Positions 1-10,589 of a stretch of 64,000 nt of DNA are shown piece by piece. Under the pieces are notes generated by a model that saw nothing but the letters and a program-made list of their open reading frames with translations, was not told the DNA's origin and did no database searches. Each line of letters starts with the position of its first letter. The first letter of the stretch is position 1. The position numbers and the translations under genes were made by a program. Source of the DNA: Andalucia godoyi And28 (lineage: Eukaryota > Protista > Jakobida). Location: assembly GCA_009859145.1 (NCBI GenBank), contig VRVR01000011.1, forward strand, positions 268,026 to 332,025. Direction: 5' to 3'.

Positions 1-315
1 CGCCGATATCGCTGTTGTTTCGAGAAGACGGTCTCCTTTTCCTGGTCGGCGTCGAAACAAGAGACTCGGAAGCAGCAGATTCTACTTTGCGGAAGCGTCC
101 CATCCGACTGTCAAAAAAAGAAAGGGAAAAAAAAGGGGGGGAAGGCGACACGAGAAACGTATACAATGGGATCAAAAGCAAAGAGAACGAAGAGAATAAA
201 ACAAAACTGGAAAAAAAAAACCGAAGAAAGAAAAGAAAGAAAAAACGAAACTTTGCTGTTTGGATTCTTTTTGGTGGGGTTCGAACGATCAGCCTGGGCA
301 TGACGCGGGAGCAGC

Positions 316-793
316 GAGTGCATTACGAGAAATGGTACATGATGCATGACTTTACATTTCATACGATAGACAGAGTTGCTTCGTGTGCACTGTGCGATCG
401 TCTTTGTTCTCTCCAAAAGCGAGATCACTCAAAAAATAAACAACACGGATTGAGCTTACGATGCTGCGGGTTTCTTTGCTGTTTTCTCTACGTCACAATA
501 AACATAAATGAATCAGTAAAATAGCCAGGTTTCGCAGCGCCGACAGCAACAACAACAACAACAACAGCAAGAAAATAAAAAACACAAGAGACTTTAGGTG
601 CTGTGCAAACAAGCATACTTTCGAATGTCGCCATGTAATTTTTGAAGAATAGACAAGAAAACACGGTTGCAGAAGTCAGTAGAACCAAAGAAGACGCTTT
701 TCGGAAGAATCCGCGCTTGGGCAAAAAGAAGTACTCCTCGATGTGTGCGGGTCTGTTGGACGCTGGAGCGCCGCTACCAGTAGCATCTGTCAT
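316..793 (-). CDS. Hypothetical small multi-exon protein (exon structure unresolved)
   Basis: ORF 488..793 begins MTDATGSGAP and has a hydrophobic stretch. Candidate GT donors (592, GTAAG, GTATG) and pyrimidine-rich AG acceptors lie downstream. No family recognised; the 3' end is a guess. Confidence 0.3.
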
Positions 794-1189
794 TATCTTG
801 CAAGCAGGCTCGAAGCTTTTTTAAAACGTTAAACACGCAATGCGTCGAATGATCGCAAGACGCCCTGCCGCATGTGGGAAAAGAAGAATAGAAATGACCG
901 CTGCCGCTTACTGCGGAATGATGAAGCAATCTAAAGCGCACGTAAACAAAACCACTGCCACCCACCGTGCACATGCGTTTGTCATCTTAACAACTCCGTC
1001 CACACGATGCCCGATTCGTTTCGTCCCATTTCGATCATGAATTCGCTATAAACACGCCGCCGCGCTGCATTCTCGCACAGCGACACTCATTTCTTATTCT
1101 TATTGTCCATGCAACGCACCATGTCCGTCACGCCCGCAACGCTGCGCAAGACCTGTGACAATCTCCACCGCCACCATCCGGCGCTGGGC

Positions 1190-1599
1190 CGCCGCCAGGA
1201 AGGATCGCCAAGGCGACAACGACGTGGCAGATGTTGACATGGGGCCATTATCAATTCCAACAGCGGCTGCTCTGCAAATCGCGCGAATTCGCGGGGCGGC
1301 AGGTGTCGATTGTGACTTGTGACGGAAGAGTACACGTCTAAAGCGTGCGGCCGTTGCGGGGGAAATGCATCGCAAGTTGTATGGAAACAAGGTGTTTTGT
1401 TGCCCATCGTGCAAATGCACGCTCGACCGCGATTGGAACGGCGCGCGCAGCATCTACATCTATCTTAGGAGCGTCTCTCATGCCGAGAGGCGTGTGGGGG
1501 CCTACCCCCTTTCCAATCATGCTATGCATGTTGTTGGGCTGCAGCATTGATTATGGGTGATCATCGATGATTATCCGTGGTTAGTGTACAATGTAGGCG
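1190..1599 (+). mobile_element. Fanzor (TnpB-like RuvC nuclease) 3' remnant, frameshifted, with omegaRNA-like 3' end
   Basis: Removing a 7-bp tandem duplication (TTGTGAC, 1310-1323) and one G from the run at 1358-1362 gives RIAKATTTWQMLTWGHYQFQQRLLCKSREFAGRQVSIVTEEYTSKACGRCGEMHRKLYGNKVFCCPSCKCTLDRDWNGARSIY. This matches the Fanzor/TnpB RuvC-II (E-x-YTSK), CxxC..CxxC zinc finger and RuvC-III (DRD-x-NGARxI) signature. Confidence 0.9.
1487..1599 (+). ncRNA. Putative Fanzor omegaRNA scaffold, copy 1
   Basis: Hairpin GGGG-GCCTA-CCCC (loop 1500-1504). 19-bp uninterrupted stem at 1545-1586 (loop TCGA) rich in G-U pairs. Terminal TAGGC (1594-1598) is complementary to the loop. The homologous copy at 39.5 kb has the same architecture. 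Confidence 0.7.
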
Positions 1600-2002
1600 C
1601 TTCTCATTGACGTTTTTCGATCCCGTGCATTCGTTTCCAAACTGTCAATCTTTCGGACGTAGCGCTTCGAACACGACTGGGTTAGTATTCTACCCTTCAA
1701 CCCAAAACCTCTCCAGTGTCTTTTGCAGTCAGCATCCGCGCCCATCCAATGAGTTCCCCTTTTGAGTGGGGACATCCGTGGTGTCTGCGCACCGCAAAAC
1801 AGAAACAGCCTATGTTTCGTCAGAGCTCTCGAATGGATCAATTAGTGCATTCGTTGGAACCGTTTGGACTTTGGGAACCGGGAGGAAACTAGGGGTTTCA
1901 ACGAGCTTCATTTATTGCCATTCCGCATTTTATCGAGTTTTGTTCTCTGTTGCTCTCTTGATCTTTCATTCTCTGTTTTCCATCGAGCGGATATTGCGTT
2001 GA

Positions 2003-2719
2003 TTGTTGATCGGCAATGGAGTGCGCCGCATAGAGAGAGGGGGCACGGCGGAGGAATCATCGATTACAAAGGGATGCGGCTGTCAAGTGTTGTCTGTCGA
2101 AGAGGCTTGTGCCCGGCAGGTTCTCACGCAGATCCAACAAGCGGGAGGAGAGAAAGGAACACCACCGGGCGTTCAAGCAGGCCTTGGTAACGAATATCAG
2201 CAAAATCTCTTGCAATGGGTCGATTCTATTTCTTCTGTTCCATATGCAAAACGGAACCAGAGTCCCAAACTTGGTTTCCTGGAGGGACTCGTCACTGCGC
2301 ACGGTGGGCAGCATCGATCCACGCAAAGAATTGCTCTGGACACAGAAGCCATCAAGCTTCATTCCCAGCAGTACAGTACAAAACAGACTTTTTCAACTTT
2401 CATTTCCGGCGTCCTTCTCAAAAGGATCCAAGCCTACTGTCGTTTCTTTTTTCCAAGGGACAAGCATCTGTCACGCTTTGTCTTCCTGAAGGTGATAGGC
2501 GTCAACCCTCAGCGCATCTGGAGGGCTGTCGTCCTAACACCGGAGGCACTGCGTGTCATTCACGGAGGTCGGGACTTGCTTGGGCTTGGCGATACAGGAA
2601 TCATCGCACCACCAGACGTCTGGGTTGGAGGGTCATATCCGTATCCTTTTTACAAAAGGAAATTTTTTTTCCTTCACAAACTTGGATCTGGAACCTTTCC
2701 CATTTTCTATTACTTGTGA
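2003..2719 (+). CDS. Hypothetical protein (238 aa ORF, may be partial or spliced)
   Basis: Longest ORF between the Fanzor remnant and YIF1; its orientation fits the window-wide strand alternation. No motif recognised. Confidence 0.35.
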   Translation: MLIGNGVRRIERGGTAEESSITKGCGCQVLSVEEACARQVLTQIQQAGGEKGTPPGVQAGLGNEYQQNLLQWVDSISSVPYAKRNQSPKLGFLEGLVTAHGGQHRSTQRIALDTEAIKLHSQQYSTKQTFSTFISGVLLKRIQAYCRFFFPRDKHLSRFVFLKVIGVNPQRIWRAVVLTPEALRVIHGGRDLLGLGDTGIIAPPDVWVGGSYPYPFYKRKFFFLHKLGSGTFPIFYYL

Positions 2720-3016
2720 AGAAGATCAGCAAGGACTTGCTGTTCAACGAGCCACTGGATAAACAGCATGACCTTTCGAGTGACGATTCCACAAACCTCT
2801 TCCCCGCAGCTTTCAAGTTCACGGGCCCTCTTTCAGAGACAGAGAGGTTGCATACACTTTAATATGAAGGTCAATCAGCGTGCATCGGAGGCAGCCGGAT
2901 TTCCTCTCTGTTCTTCGGGGACTCGCTCCATGCCGAGTCTTCGAAGAACGGCGTGATCGAGAATTCGCCTAGCGGATTGGGGGGGACGAGCATTGAACAC
3001 CGTAAATTGTCGATTT

Positions 3017-3838
3017 TTACAGATCAGAGGCGTACGTTGGGATGTAATCCGAGTGCCACCCCAAATAAAACATAATTGGGACCTGGATGACGCCTGCAGC
3101 AAACAAAAAGTATTTTCTAGTGATAGTTTGACCGGGAGCATTGGACGTGATCAGCGCACATCTGGACTTTAGTTCTCGAATGACAAACCACGACATTGCG
3201 ATCGACAGGTAGATCATGACAATCAAATAGATCTGGTTGGACATCGTGATTCCACGAACGAGAGACGCAATGTCAATGCCTACAAACTTGTATCCAGCAA
3301 ACGCAATCATGTCGAGCAAGGAAAGCTGCGATCCCTGACCGCCCTGTGAAGGATCGGTCGCAACAAACAAGTAAAATGCAAGCTTCAAAGCACTGCATTC
3401 CAGAAACAACAATATCAGAGCTTTGGAGGCAACCATTCCAACAGTATCGAACTGTGCTGCATAGAACCCGCAAAGCAGAATAAACGTCACAAATGCCATC
3501 AGAGGAATATACAGGTCAGCCTGGTGCACGTCTCGGTGATCCGAAAATCCGCCCGACATGAATGTGTTTGGAGACGAGGCATTGGAGGAGGAAAATGACG
3601 ACGAACCGCTTGACGAAAGAGACTGCTTTCCAAAAGGAAAAACCAGCAGTTTGAGCTTCGAAAGCACATATGCGTGGGTAACATCGAAATACGACTTTGC
3701 AGAGGACTGCCCAAACCATCGATTGAACACCGATTCAAGAACAGACCGCTGTGAATCAAACATTTGTGCCCCGATTTGAAGACCGGCCTGCGCCAACTTG
3801 GCGTTCGCACTTATGAAACTTGATTCTCGATTATTCAT
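3017..3838 (-). CDS. YIF1: Yif1 family ER-Golgi transport membrane protein (Yip1 domain)
   Basis: YFDVTHAYVLSKLKLLVFPF, ADLYIPLMAFVTFILL and AFAGYKFVG motifs; about five TM helices. Confidence 0.92.
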   Translation of the reverse strand: MNNRESSFISANAKLAQAGLQIGAQMFDSQRSVLESVFNRWFGQSSAKSYFDVTHAYVLSKLKLLVFPFGKQSLSSSGSSSFSSSNASSPNTFMSGGFSDHRDVHQADLYIPLMAFVTFILLCGFYAAQFDTVGMVASKALILLFLECSALKLAFYLFVATDPSQGGQGSQLSLLDMIAFAGYKFVGIDIASLVRGITMSNQIYLIVMIYLSIAMSWFVIRELKSRCALITSNAPGQTITRKYFLFAAGVIQVPIMFYLGWHSDYIPTYASDL

Positions 3839-3994
3839 CCTGGGTGGTTGCTAGAGTTTGTCTGGCTGACGCGAGCTGATTCGACTTTTGTTATGGTATT
3901 ATTATATGATTGTTAAAATAATTTAACTAAAACAATCACTCCTTTTTGCACACTCTACAGACTTTCGCAAAAATGCGATCGGCGTTCACGAGTC

Positions 3995-4057
3995 TCACTG
4001 CCCACTGCTCACTGCTCACTGCTCACTGCCCACTACTTACTACTTACTACTTACTAC
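3995..4057. repeat. Nine 7-bp tandem units grading from (T/C)CACTGC to TTACTAC
   Basis: Read directly; lies in the divergent gap between YIF1 and the next gene. Confidence 0.9.
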
Positions 4058-4357
4058 TCGCGGCTGTTACGAGTTTCTTGGGAAATACGGAGAGCCATTT
4101 GGCTTTTCGAGTTTGGGATGATTGAACGTGATGCTGCAGTTGATGCAAGGCTTTCGTCTGCTTCTTCTGGCGGTCGTAGGTGCGCGCCAGATGATCCCGC
4201 CACGCATGCCGCCTTCGCCACAGCCTCAACCGAAAGTGAAAAATCGAAAATCGAAAATCGAACAAACTTTGCTGTTTATTTTTTGTATTTGGATGTTTTA
4301 ATTTGTTTGTTTGATTTTTTAAAAAAGAATTTAGAGCTATGCATTCCTTTTAAGAGA

Positions 4358-6034
4358 ATGGACGATTCTGATCACGAAGATGCAGAAGTTACACTCCGAT
4401 GTGATTCACAGTCCCTTAAGATCCGTTCAGAACTGAGCAAGACGCTGGATCGGCATTTGCGAAAGTTAAATCGCAATGGCAATAGCAGGGCCAATGGGAA
4501 AAGGTCCCAAGGACTTTCGACGACGAATGATCGATCTTTGCCGAGTGTCCCAAAGGACCTCTCTGAACATTTGGTGTCTTCTAAACGAACGCAGATTTCA
4601 GAACTCGTGGATCAGATCCTTGCTTCTACGTCCAGAGCTCCAACGGCTGTCCATGAGGCACACGAGGACCATGGGCATCCTGTGGAAGTTTATGATGATG
4701 ATGATGAAAGTTTTCGTCTCCATCGCCCATTTCATAATGATGGCGACAATGATGGTCCTGCGTCTATTCACAAGCGGAACGTTCGGGATGCGAAGGATTC
4801 GTCGAAATCCGGTTCTAGCTATGCAACGATGATTCCGAAGGATCATCATCATGGAGGCGGTGATGATCATAATGTGGTTGCTGTGGATGAGGTCGACGAT
4901 TGCAGTGAAATTGAAGATGAACCGAACCCTGCGAGTCTGCGACGATGGAATCCTCGCCACATCGGTGCTGCGCACCCCAACCTTGTGTCGACTGCTGCGA
5001 AGAATGCAAACCGACTTGACGAGGTGCAAACGAACGTATCCACAGCAGATGTATCCCCTTGGAACCCAAAATCAGTGTTCAAAATTGCGAAACGGCCGCG
5101 GTCTGCTGAAAAGATCCATCCGCCTGCTACCTACTTCTCATCTGCAACTGCATCCAGCTCTGCCAACGGCTCCAGTGCACCGTCATCAAAAAGATCTGCT
5201 GTCCACGCGGCGTCTCTGGCAGGTTCTGCGTCGCGATCACGCCTTGCATCTCTTGCTGGTTCCCACAGCAATGGTACGCCGAACAAGCGCCGGAAACGAT
5301 TGAGCGGTGCATCTCCCCATGGACTCGACATACTCCAGCTGGACTCGAGTGTTGACAATGTAGAGAGCCATTCGGAGGGCGAACCCGAATCTTGCGTTTC
5401 GCTTGGTGCCAAAACTGGTCGCTCTCCCCAAACTGAGTTTATGACACCGCAGAAAAATCGACGAGGCCGGTCTACTGCTGGGAATGATGCGCCGTGTGCA
5501 GCGGATCCGCCCACGGGTTCGGCATCCGAGAATGCGACCCAGGGAGTCGGAAAAGGGTCTTGGATGTCTGAGCTTCGTAAAGGTGTCCTGTCTGCTCTGC
5601 AGAACGGCACAATTCCACGAGTCGAGGAAAAGAAACGAGGTGGATCCTCGTCGCGCGATGCCGACGCCCTTGTTTCGCAATTCCAAAAGGCGATGGACAT
5701 GCTGAATGCGGATATCATTTCTTGCGCGGTTTCGTTGCAGCGAAGCCGTGTGCATCCAGCGGATTTCGATCCACCAGCTTCACTTGAATTGCGCGTGCAA
5801 ACAGTCCATCGGTACGGAGAGCTGTTCGAATTTGAGTGTCTTGCCTCCGACGGGGCATGCGTTCGGCTGCTGAGCAGTGGCGGAGGTGGATGTGGTGAAA
5901 AGGAGGCTGTTTTAGAGCAAGTTCTTCCGTCACAACGAGTCCTTGTGTATTCCCCTATGGCGCAGTCGGTTGTTGATTCGATGCGCGTCATTTTCGCTCA
6001 TGGAGCGATCGTCGTGCTGCCTGCAACCTCGTAG
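4358..6034 (+). CDS. Hypothetical protein: long disordered Ser/Asp-rich region with a small folded C-terminal domain
   Basis: ORF 4118..6034. Likely start is MDDSDHED at 4358, after a T-rich intron-like or UTR tract. Contains basic NLS-like patches (KRRKR). The last ~100 aa look beta-rich (OB-fold-like, uncertain). Confidence 0.75.
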   Translation: MDDSDHEDAEVTLRCDSQSLKIRSELSKTLDRHLRKLNRNGNSRANGKRSQGLSTTNDRSLPSVPKDLSEHLVSSKRTQISELVDQILASTSRAPTAVHEAHEDHGHPVEVYDDDDESFRLHRPFHNDGDNDGPASIHKRNVRDAKDSSKSGSSYATMIPKDHHHGGGDDHNVVAVDEVDDCSEIEDEPNPASLRRWNPRHIGAAHPNLVSTAAKNANRLDEVQTNVSTADVSPWNPKSVFKIAKRPRSAEKIHPPATYFSSATASSSANGSSAPSSKRSAVHAASLAGSASRSRLASLAGSHSNGTPNKRRKRLSGASPHGLDILQLDSSVDNVESHSEGEPESCVSLGAKTGRSPQTEFMTPQKNRRGRSTAGNDAPCAADPPTGSASENATQGVGKGSWMSELRKGVLSALQNGTIPRVEEKKRGGSSSRDADALVSQFQKAMDMLNADIISCAVSLQRSRVHPADFDPPASLELRVQTVHRYGELFEFECLASDGACVRLLSSGGGGCGEKEAVLEQVLPSQRVLVYSPMAQSVVDSMRVIFAHGAIVVLPATS

Positions 6035-6105
6035 GCGGCGTATCTGCTCCATGGTATTGGCCGCTCGCACCACCAGCAGCATTACCCCACAAAAACAGAA
6101 ACGGG

Positions 6106-6110
<5 letters not shown>

Positions 6111-6156
<46 letters not shown>
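6111..6156. repeat. (AG)23 microsatellite
   Basis: Read directly; lies between two convergent stop codons. Confidence 0.97.
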
Positions 6157-6158
<2 letters not shown>

Positions 6159-6253
6159 CGGGAAAAGTGAATATGTACATAGTTTTCCGTTGGCAATGAT
6201 GCAGTGAGTAATTAGCAGTCGTGATGGACAGAAAAGGTAAACACACGCATGCC

Positions 6254-7771
6254 TCATGCTATAGATTCATAATTGCTGAAACCGCCTTCTTTGAAGAACA
6301 AGTGGAATTGGGCAATGCTGGAATGTTGGTCAAATGCCGGTGCAGTTTTCTCATTCCATGATGCGCCTTCAAAAAGAACGTCATATCCAAACGACTGATA
6401 CGACCGAAGCAACTTTGCCGGGTCGCGTTTGGCAGCGCGGTACGACACAAGCGACACGTCAAGCCAAATCTGCAGCGGAAACCGCTCGAGAACCGAAAAT
6501 ACCGAAGGCAACGATTCAAACGAAACAATCGAATCAAATGCATGCATCGAAATATGCGCAACAAACGGCGTTGAGCTCATTTCCACATGCTGCTGCAGCA
6601 TATGCACTGTGTAGGTCAGCGCTGTCAATCGACACTCGTCTCCATTCGCATCCGCCAACCGTGATCCGCTACCTACACTCTCCAAAGCACTCGTTACCAA
6701 CGGAACTCGGTATGTCTCCGTCAAAATAGCACCCAGATTCCGGTCTTGCAGACAGAACAATCTCTCTGTGCCCGTCTTCCTCTCATGCTGCCTACCACCC
6801 TGACTCGGGCTTGGGCTCGGGCTCGGGCTCGGGATTCCGGCAGTATCCGCATGATTGGTCGCGGTGGAAGAGAGAATTGACGGTTGGAAGCTGACAACGT
6901 TTGCAAGGGAGTTCAGCATCACGGAGTCCCACAGAAGCGCACCGTCTACCCCGTGTGGTTCGTACGCAACAACTCTAATGCCAACCATTGCCACCGGGAT
7001 CGAAAGGCCGCCACTTGCAGCCCCAAGATCCAAAAACAGTCCTTTTCGGTCTTCGTGGAACTCGCTCTGCACAGACGCTACGATCCGCCGCACAAGCCCT
7101 GCTGACATCCATGACACTCCGGCTACCCCGCCCCTGCCGTTTTCATCGCCCTCGCATCCGCAGTCGGTCGACGGTGCACCAACCACCATCCAATGAAAAT
7201 GTGGGTACAATACGGGTGCAAAAACCAGCTTGGTTATCTTTTGCAGATCTCGCGTCTTGGCACGTTGAAACGTTCTTTCCCTTTCCGCTATTGTGGATGC
7301 CGTTGACAATGCTGGTCGGGATGAAGATAATGGCGATTCTGTTGTTTGTGTTGATGTGGGTGCTGGTGCTGGTGTGGATGTTGAAAACGAGGAAGAAGGA
7401 AATCGAGACATTCTGTCAAGAAGAAACGAAATATTCAGGTCTCCGGGCTGTGAGTTTTGCAGAAAGTTAAGAACAACAAGGTTAGCACTGACCGGTGCAT
7501 CATTCCGAATCTCGCTATTCTGATCTCCAAGCATCATGGCGAACTTGGACTCGGTTCTTTCTTTTCGTTGCTGTTGTTGCAGAGAAATCTGTGGCGGGTG
7601 TTGACCTGGAGAACCCACCAGAAAAGCGCTGTACAAGAAAAGCGCTACAACGGTGATCGCCACTCCTGTTCTACGCGCCGCACACACACGCCACTGCATC
7701 ACTTGATTATCACTGTTCTTTCCATCCGAATTCACACATGACGCGCGCAAAATACGTACGAAGAAGAGCAA
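6254..7771 (-). CDS. FkbM-family SAM-dependent methyltransferase, type II membrane (Golgi-like)
   Basis: N-terminal TM anchor and Ser/Thr stem, then LFLDLGAASGGLSIPVAMVGIRVVAYEP (SAM motif) and SVMLNSLANVV. The true start may be MQWRV. Confidence 0.8.
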   Translation of the reverse strand: MLFFVRILRASCVNSDGKNSDNQVMQWRVCAARRTGVAITVVALFLYSAFLVGSPGQHPPQISLQQQQRKERTESKFAMMLGDQNSEIRNDAPVSANLVVLNFLQNSQPGDLNISFLLDRMSRFPSSSFSTSTPAPAPTSTQTTESPLSSSRPALSTASTIAERERTFQRAKTRDLQKITKLVFAPVLYPHFHWMVVGAPSTDCGCEGDENGRGGVAGVSWMSAGLVRRIVASVQSEFHEDRKGLFLDLGAASGGLSIPVAMVGIRVVAYEPHGVDGALLWDSVMLNSLANVVSFQPSILSSTATNHADTAGIPSPSPSPSPSQGGRQHERKTGTERLFCLQDRNLGAILTETYRVPLVTSALESVGSGSRLADANGDECRLTALTYTVHMLQQHVEMSSTPFVAHISMHAFDSIVSFESLPSVFSVLERFPLQIWLDVSLVSYRAAKRDPAKLLRSYQSFGYDVLFEGASWNEKTAPAFDQHSSIAQFHLFFKEGGFSNYESIA

Positions 7772-8284
7772 GGAAGACGAAGAAGAAAGGAAACATGGAA
7801 AAGAAGCAGGTCGAAGAAACTGAATTTATTTTTTTAAAATTGCTTCCAACTATCCATTTTAATAATTTAATTAAAAAAAAAATACGTAATCATAAAATAT
7901 TTCTCGAAAAAGGAAAGTATTGACGCATCGTGACATGTGCTTTCTTTTCTGCTGACGTGGAGCGCACTTGGGCAATAACAGCAAAAACAACAGAAGAAAA
8001 AAGACTTGCAGTCTCTGAAGCACTCTTTCTCGAGTCCCTCGACACGCTCGCCCAAGTCCTTGCGCCTTTCTCTCTCTCTCTCTCTTCTCTTTCTCGTGCG
8101 CGCCCACAAGTATTTTTCGACCTGACTTCGTTTCATCACGTTTTGCAATTTTTTTTTATTTTTTCTTACTTCTGAATTTTTTTATATCTCGTTATTCCTA
8201 GTGTTGTGTGCAAGGCATCCCATCTTTTTTTTTTTTTTTTTGTTCTTTTCTTTCTTTTTCAATTTTCGTTGTTTTTGAACCCCG

Positions 8285-9172
8285 ATGTTGCGTATTCTTC
8301 TTGCTGGCAGTGTTCTTCTTGTGGCCGCATCCGCTGTGCAGCGCACGTTCCTCGGGGCCAGCGCCGTCTCTCCCCTGGATCTCTTCCATCTGGCCGGATC
8401 CACAGGTACTGCGGGTGCAGGCATCTGCGCCTCTGCGTCGTCCGTTCTTGTCGACCAGATCTTGACACTGTCTGTGTGCGCATATGCGATTGCTGGAGTC
8501 ATTTCGGCGCTCTCTCGTACAGGGTTAGGCTACTCTCGTGCATATGCGCTGTCGACGCTGGTTCTTGCACTCACTCTCGCCTCAGCACATGCCCGACACT
8601 CGTCACTGACCATTTCTGCATTCCTTTCTCCGCCATCTGCTGCATCGATTGCATCGCTGCCACCTTCCGTGACTGCGTCTCTTGCCATTGCTCTCGTTGC
8701 CTTTTTGGCGTATGTTTTCGGCTCGACTGCCTCGTCGGCGGCACAGTCGACAAGCATTGTTCTTGCGTTGTCGGCGTTGTTGATGCTTCTCGATGCGTTT
8801 CTGCTTGCCACTGTTCCCAATGGAGTTGCCGTTCGCTTCTTCCCGGACGTTGCTGGCACTTGCAAAAAGTCCATCGCAGCGTCTCTCGGTATGCTTACCC
8901 CGGTTCTTGCTGCCTCTGCACTGAGCATCCTTGTTGCATCCGCTGCCGCAAAGAAGCACGCAGCCTTTGCCTGCTTTGCAATGGCATCTGTCCATTCCGC
9001 TGCCCTCTATGCACTCGTCTATGGCAGACCCAATGCAGCCGCTGCCGAAGCTGCAAAGGACGTCGTCACCATCTACGTTGGAGCTGCTGCGGCTCTCGCG
9101 TTCTTCTCATTCCTCCTCCTTGTCTTGCCATCCTCTACGTCTAACAAGAAGAACAAGGAAAAGAATGAATAA
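8285..9172 (+). CDS. Ala/Leu/Ser-rich multi-pass membrane protein, unknown family
   Basis: 295 aa ORF with a signal-like N-terminus, several hydrophobic helices and a short basic C-tail (KKNKEKNE). Confidence 0.75.
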   Translation: MLRILLAGSVLLVAASAVQRTFLGASAVSPLDLFHLAGSTGTAGAGICASASSVLVDQILTLSVCAYAIAGVISALSRTGLGYSRAYALSTLVLALTLASAHARHSSLTISAFLSPPSAASIASLPPSVTASLAIALVAFLAYVFGSTASSAAQSTSIVLALSALLMLLDAFLLATVPNGVAVRFFPDVAGTCKKSIAASLGMLTPVLAASALSILVASAAAKKHAAFACFAMASVHSAALYALVYGRPNAAAAEAAKDVVTIYVGAAAALAFFSFLLLVLPSSTSNKKNKEKNE

Positions 9173-9438
9173 ACATTCCGCAATTCATTTTCTCATTTAC
9201 CAGCAGCTCCTTTTTTCTTTCGTTCATTTTTCTTTTGCTTTGTTTCTTTAATTGTTTTATTTATTATTTTATTTTATTTTTTGGTAGCATGAATCATTCC
9301 CTCCTCTTTTTCTTGTTTTTCTTTGTTTCTGCTGTTGTTGTTGTTGTTTTTCTTTTTCCTGGCTTTCTGGCTATTTCTTCCCTTTTTCTTTTAGAGAAGG
9401 GAGTTTTGTCCAATCGAGAGAACAAAACCGACAACACT

Positions 9439-10170
9439 TCATGGCTTGGAAGACACATCGAGACGGGTGGTCAACGCAGCAATTTTCTGGTCTTTGAGCT
9501 TGACGAGTTGTTCGAGCTTCCGGACCTTCATTTCGAGGATTTCAATCGTTTCCCTGAGTTCCCGCACCGATTCATCTTGGTTCGCAGCGACCGCCGAGCC
9601 AGCAGCATTACTCCCAGAGGATTTCTTCTTGGGGCTTCCGATTCCACCACTATTCGCATTACTATTACCACTACTGCTACTACTGTTGTTGGTTCCCAGG
9701 ACCTGATGATGATGGTGTTGTGGTTGCTGTGATTGGTGTTGTGATTGTTGTGGCTGTGATTTGTGCAAATGTTGCAAGCTGTCATCATTTTCAAAGGATG
9801 CATCCATAGAAGAATCGTCTGCTGCACGAGCCTTCATTTTTCCGAGGCGGAGCATAAACTGCCGGAGGATCCGCTCGACGGTTCCTGGAACACAGTTGAC
9901 GGTATCTTCAATGTCGGCCTTTGAAATAACGAAGCCAAGGCGCCGAAGTACCTTCTGATTCAGGGTATTCCAGTTGTACGACTTTTGAGTAACGCCGTTC
10001 GCAGCAGAGTAGTTGTGCAGTTCGACGATTTTTGGGAAAAAGTGATGCACCACTTCTGCCATCAGCACACCATCGGCGAAGTCTCGCGAAATATTGCGCT
10101 TTGGACGAGAAAGAGGAATCTCGTCAACCCACGTGTACACGGATTGCAGCTCTTCAGGTGACAGATTCAT
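9439..10170 (-). CDS. SPEF1: Sperm flagellar protein 1 (CH domain + coiled coil)
   Basis: WVDEIPLSRPKRNISRDFADG..VELHNY..K.YNWNTLNQKVL and a C-terminal ETIEILEMKVRKLEQLVKLKDQKI coiled coil. Confidence 0.95.
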   Translation of the reverse strand: MNLSPEELQSVYTWVDEIPLSRPKRNISRDFADGVLMAEVVHHFFPKIVELHNYSAANGVTQKSYNWNTLNQKVLRRLGFVISKADIEDTVNCVPGTVERILRQFMLRLGKMKARAADDSSMDASFENDDSLQHLHKSQPQQSQHQSQQPQHHHHQVLGTNNSSSSSGNSNANSGGIGSPKKKSSGSNAAGSAVAANQDESVRELRETIEILEMKVRKLEQLVKLKDQKIAALTTRLDVSSKP

Positions 10171-10589
10171 TCACAGCACAGATATGCAGAAACTGCAAAA
10201 AATAGAAGAATTGAAATTCTGAACAGAGAAAGCGTAAGCCGAGGAAGAAAAAAAGCTGCAAATGGGAAGGGAACAAAAAGGAAACAGAAAACAAAGGGAC
10301 TTTCAACGATCGGGATTTTTTTTTTCCTCTCGGGCAAAGGAAGGGAAACGTTTGACTGAGCGCTGACAAAACAAGATGCTAGCGTCACTGCATCAACTAG
10401 AACGAGAAAACCCGCGCAGACGTCAGTTTTTCATTTCTTTTTTGGACCCTCTGTGTGTGTGTGTGTGTGTGTGTGTTTTCTTTTGTGCGATTCTTCTTCT
10501 GTCCATTTTGCATGGTGGAGGAGAAAATCCGTGGTTAGAAAGCAAACAACAGGCCAAAAGAGAAATTGAAACGCCGAGAAGAAAGAACA

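Noticed and set aside
15-524. 169 aa Lys-rich plus-strand ORF
   Set aside because: Derived from poly-purine tracts that are the complement of T-rich intron/UTR sequence of a minus-strand gene; no protein-like features.
5131-5991. Long antisense ORFs (also 51320..52117, 32215..32865, 59100..59762 and those opposite the fibre genes)
   Set aside because: Lie opposite clearly identified genes; expected from codon bias.
8860-9115. Possible in-window targets of the predicted Fanzor guides (AAAGTCCA at ~8865, CTTCTCATT at ~9103)
   Set aside because: Only 8-9 nt matches, expected by chance in 64 kb.
8206-9144. 312 aa Cys/Arg-rich ORF
   Set aside because: Shifted-frame shadow of the Ala-rich membrane protein (GCT/GCA codons read as TGC/CTG).
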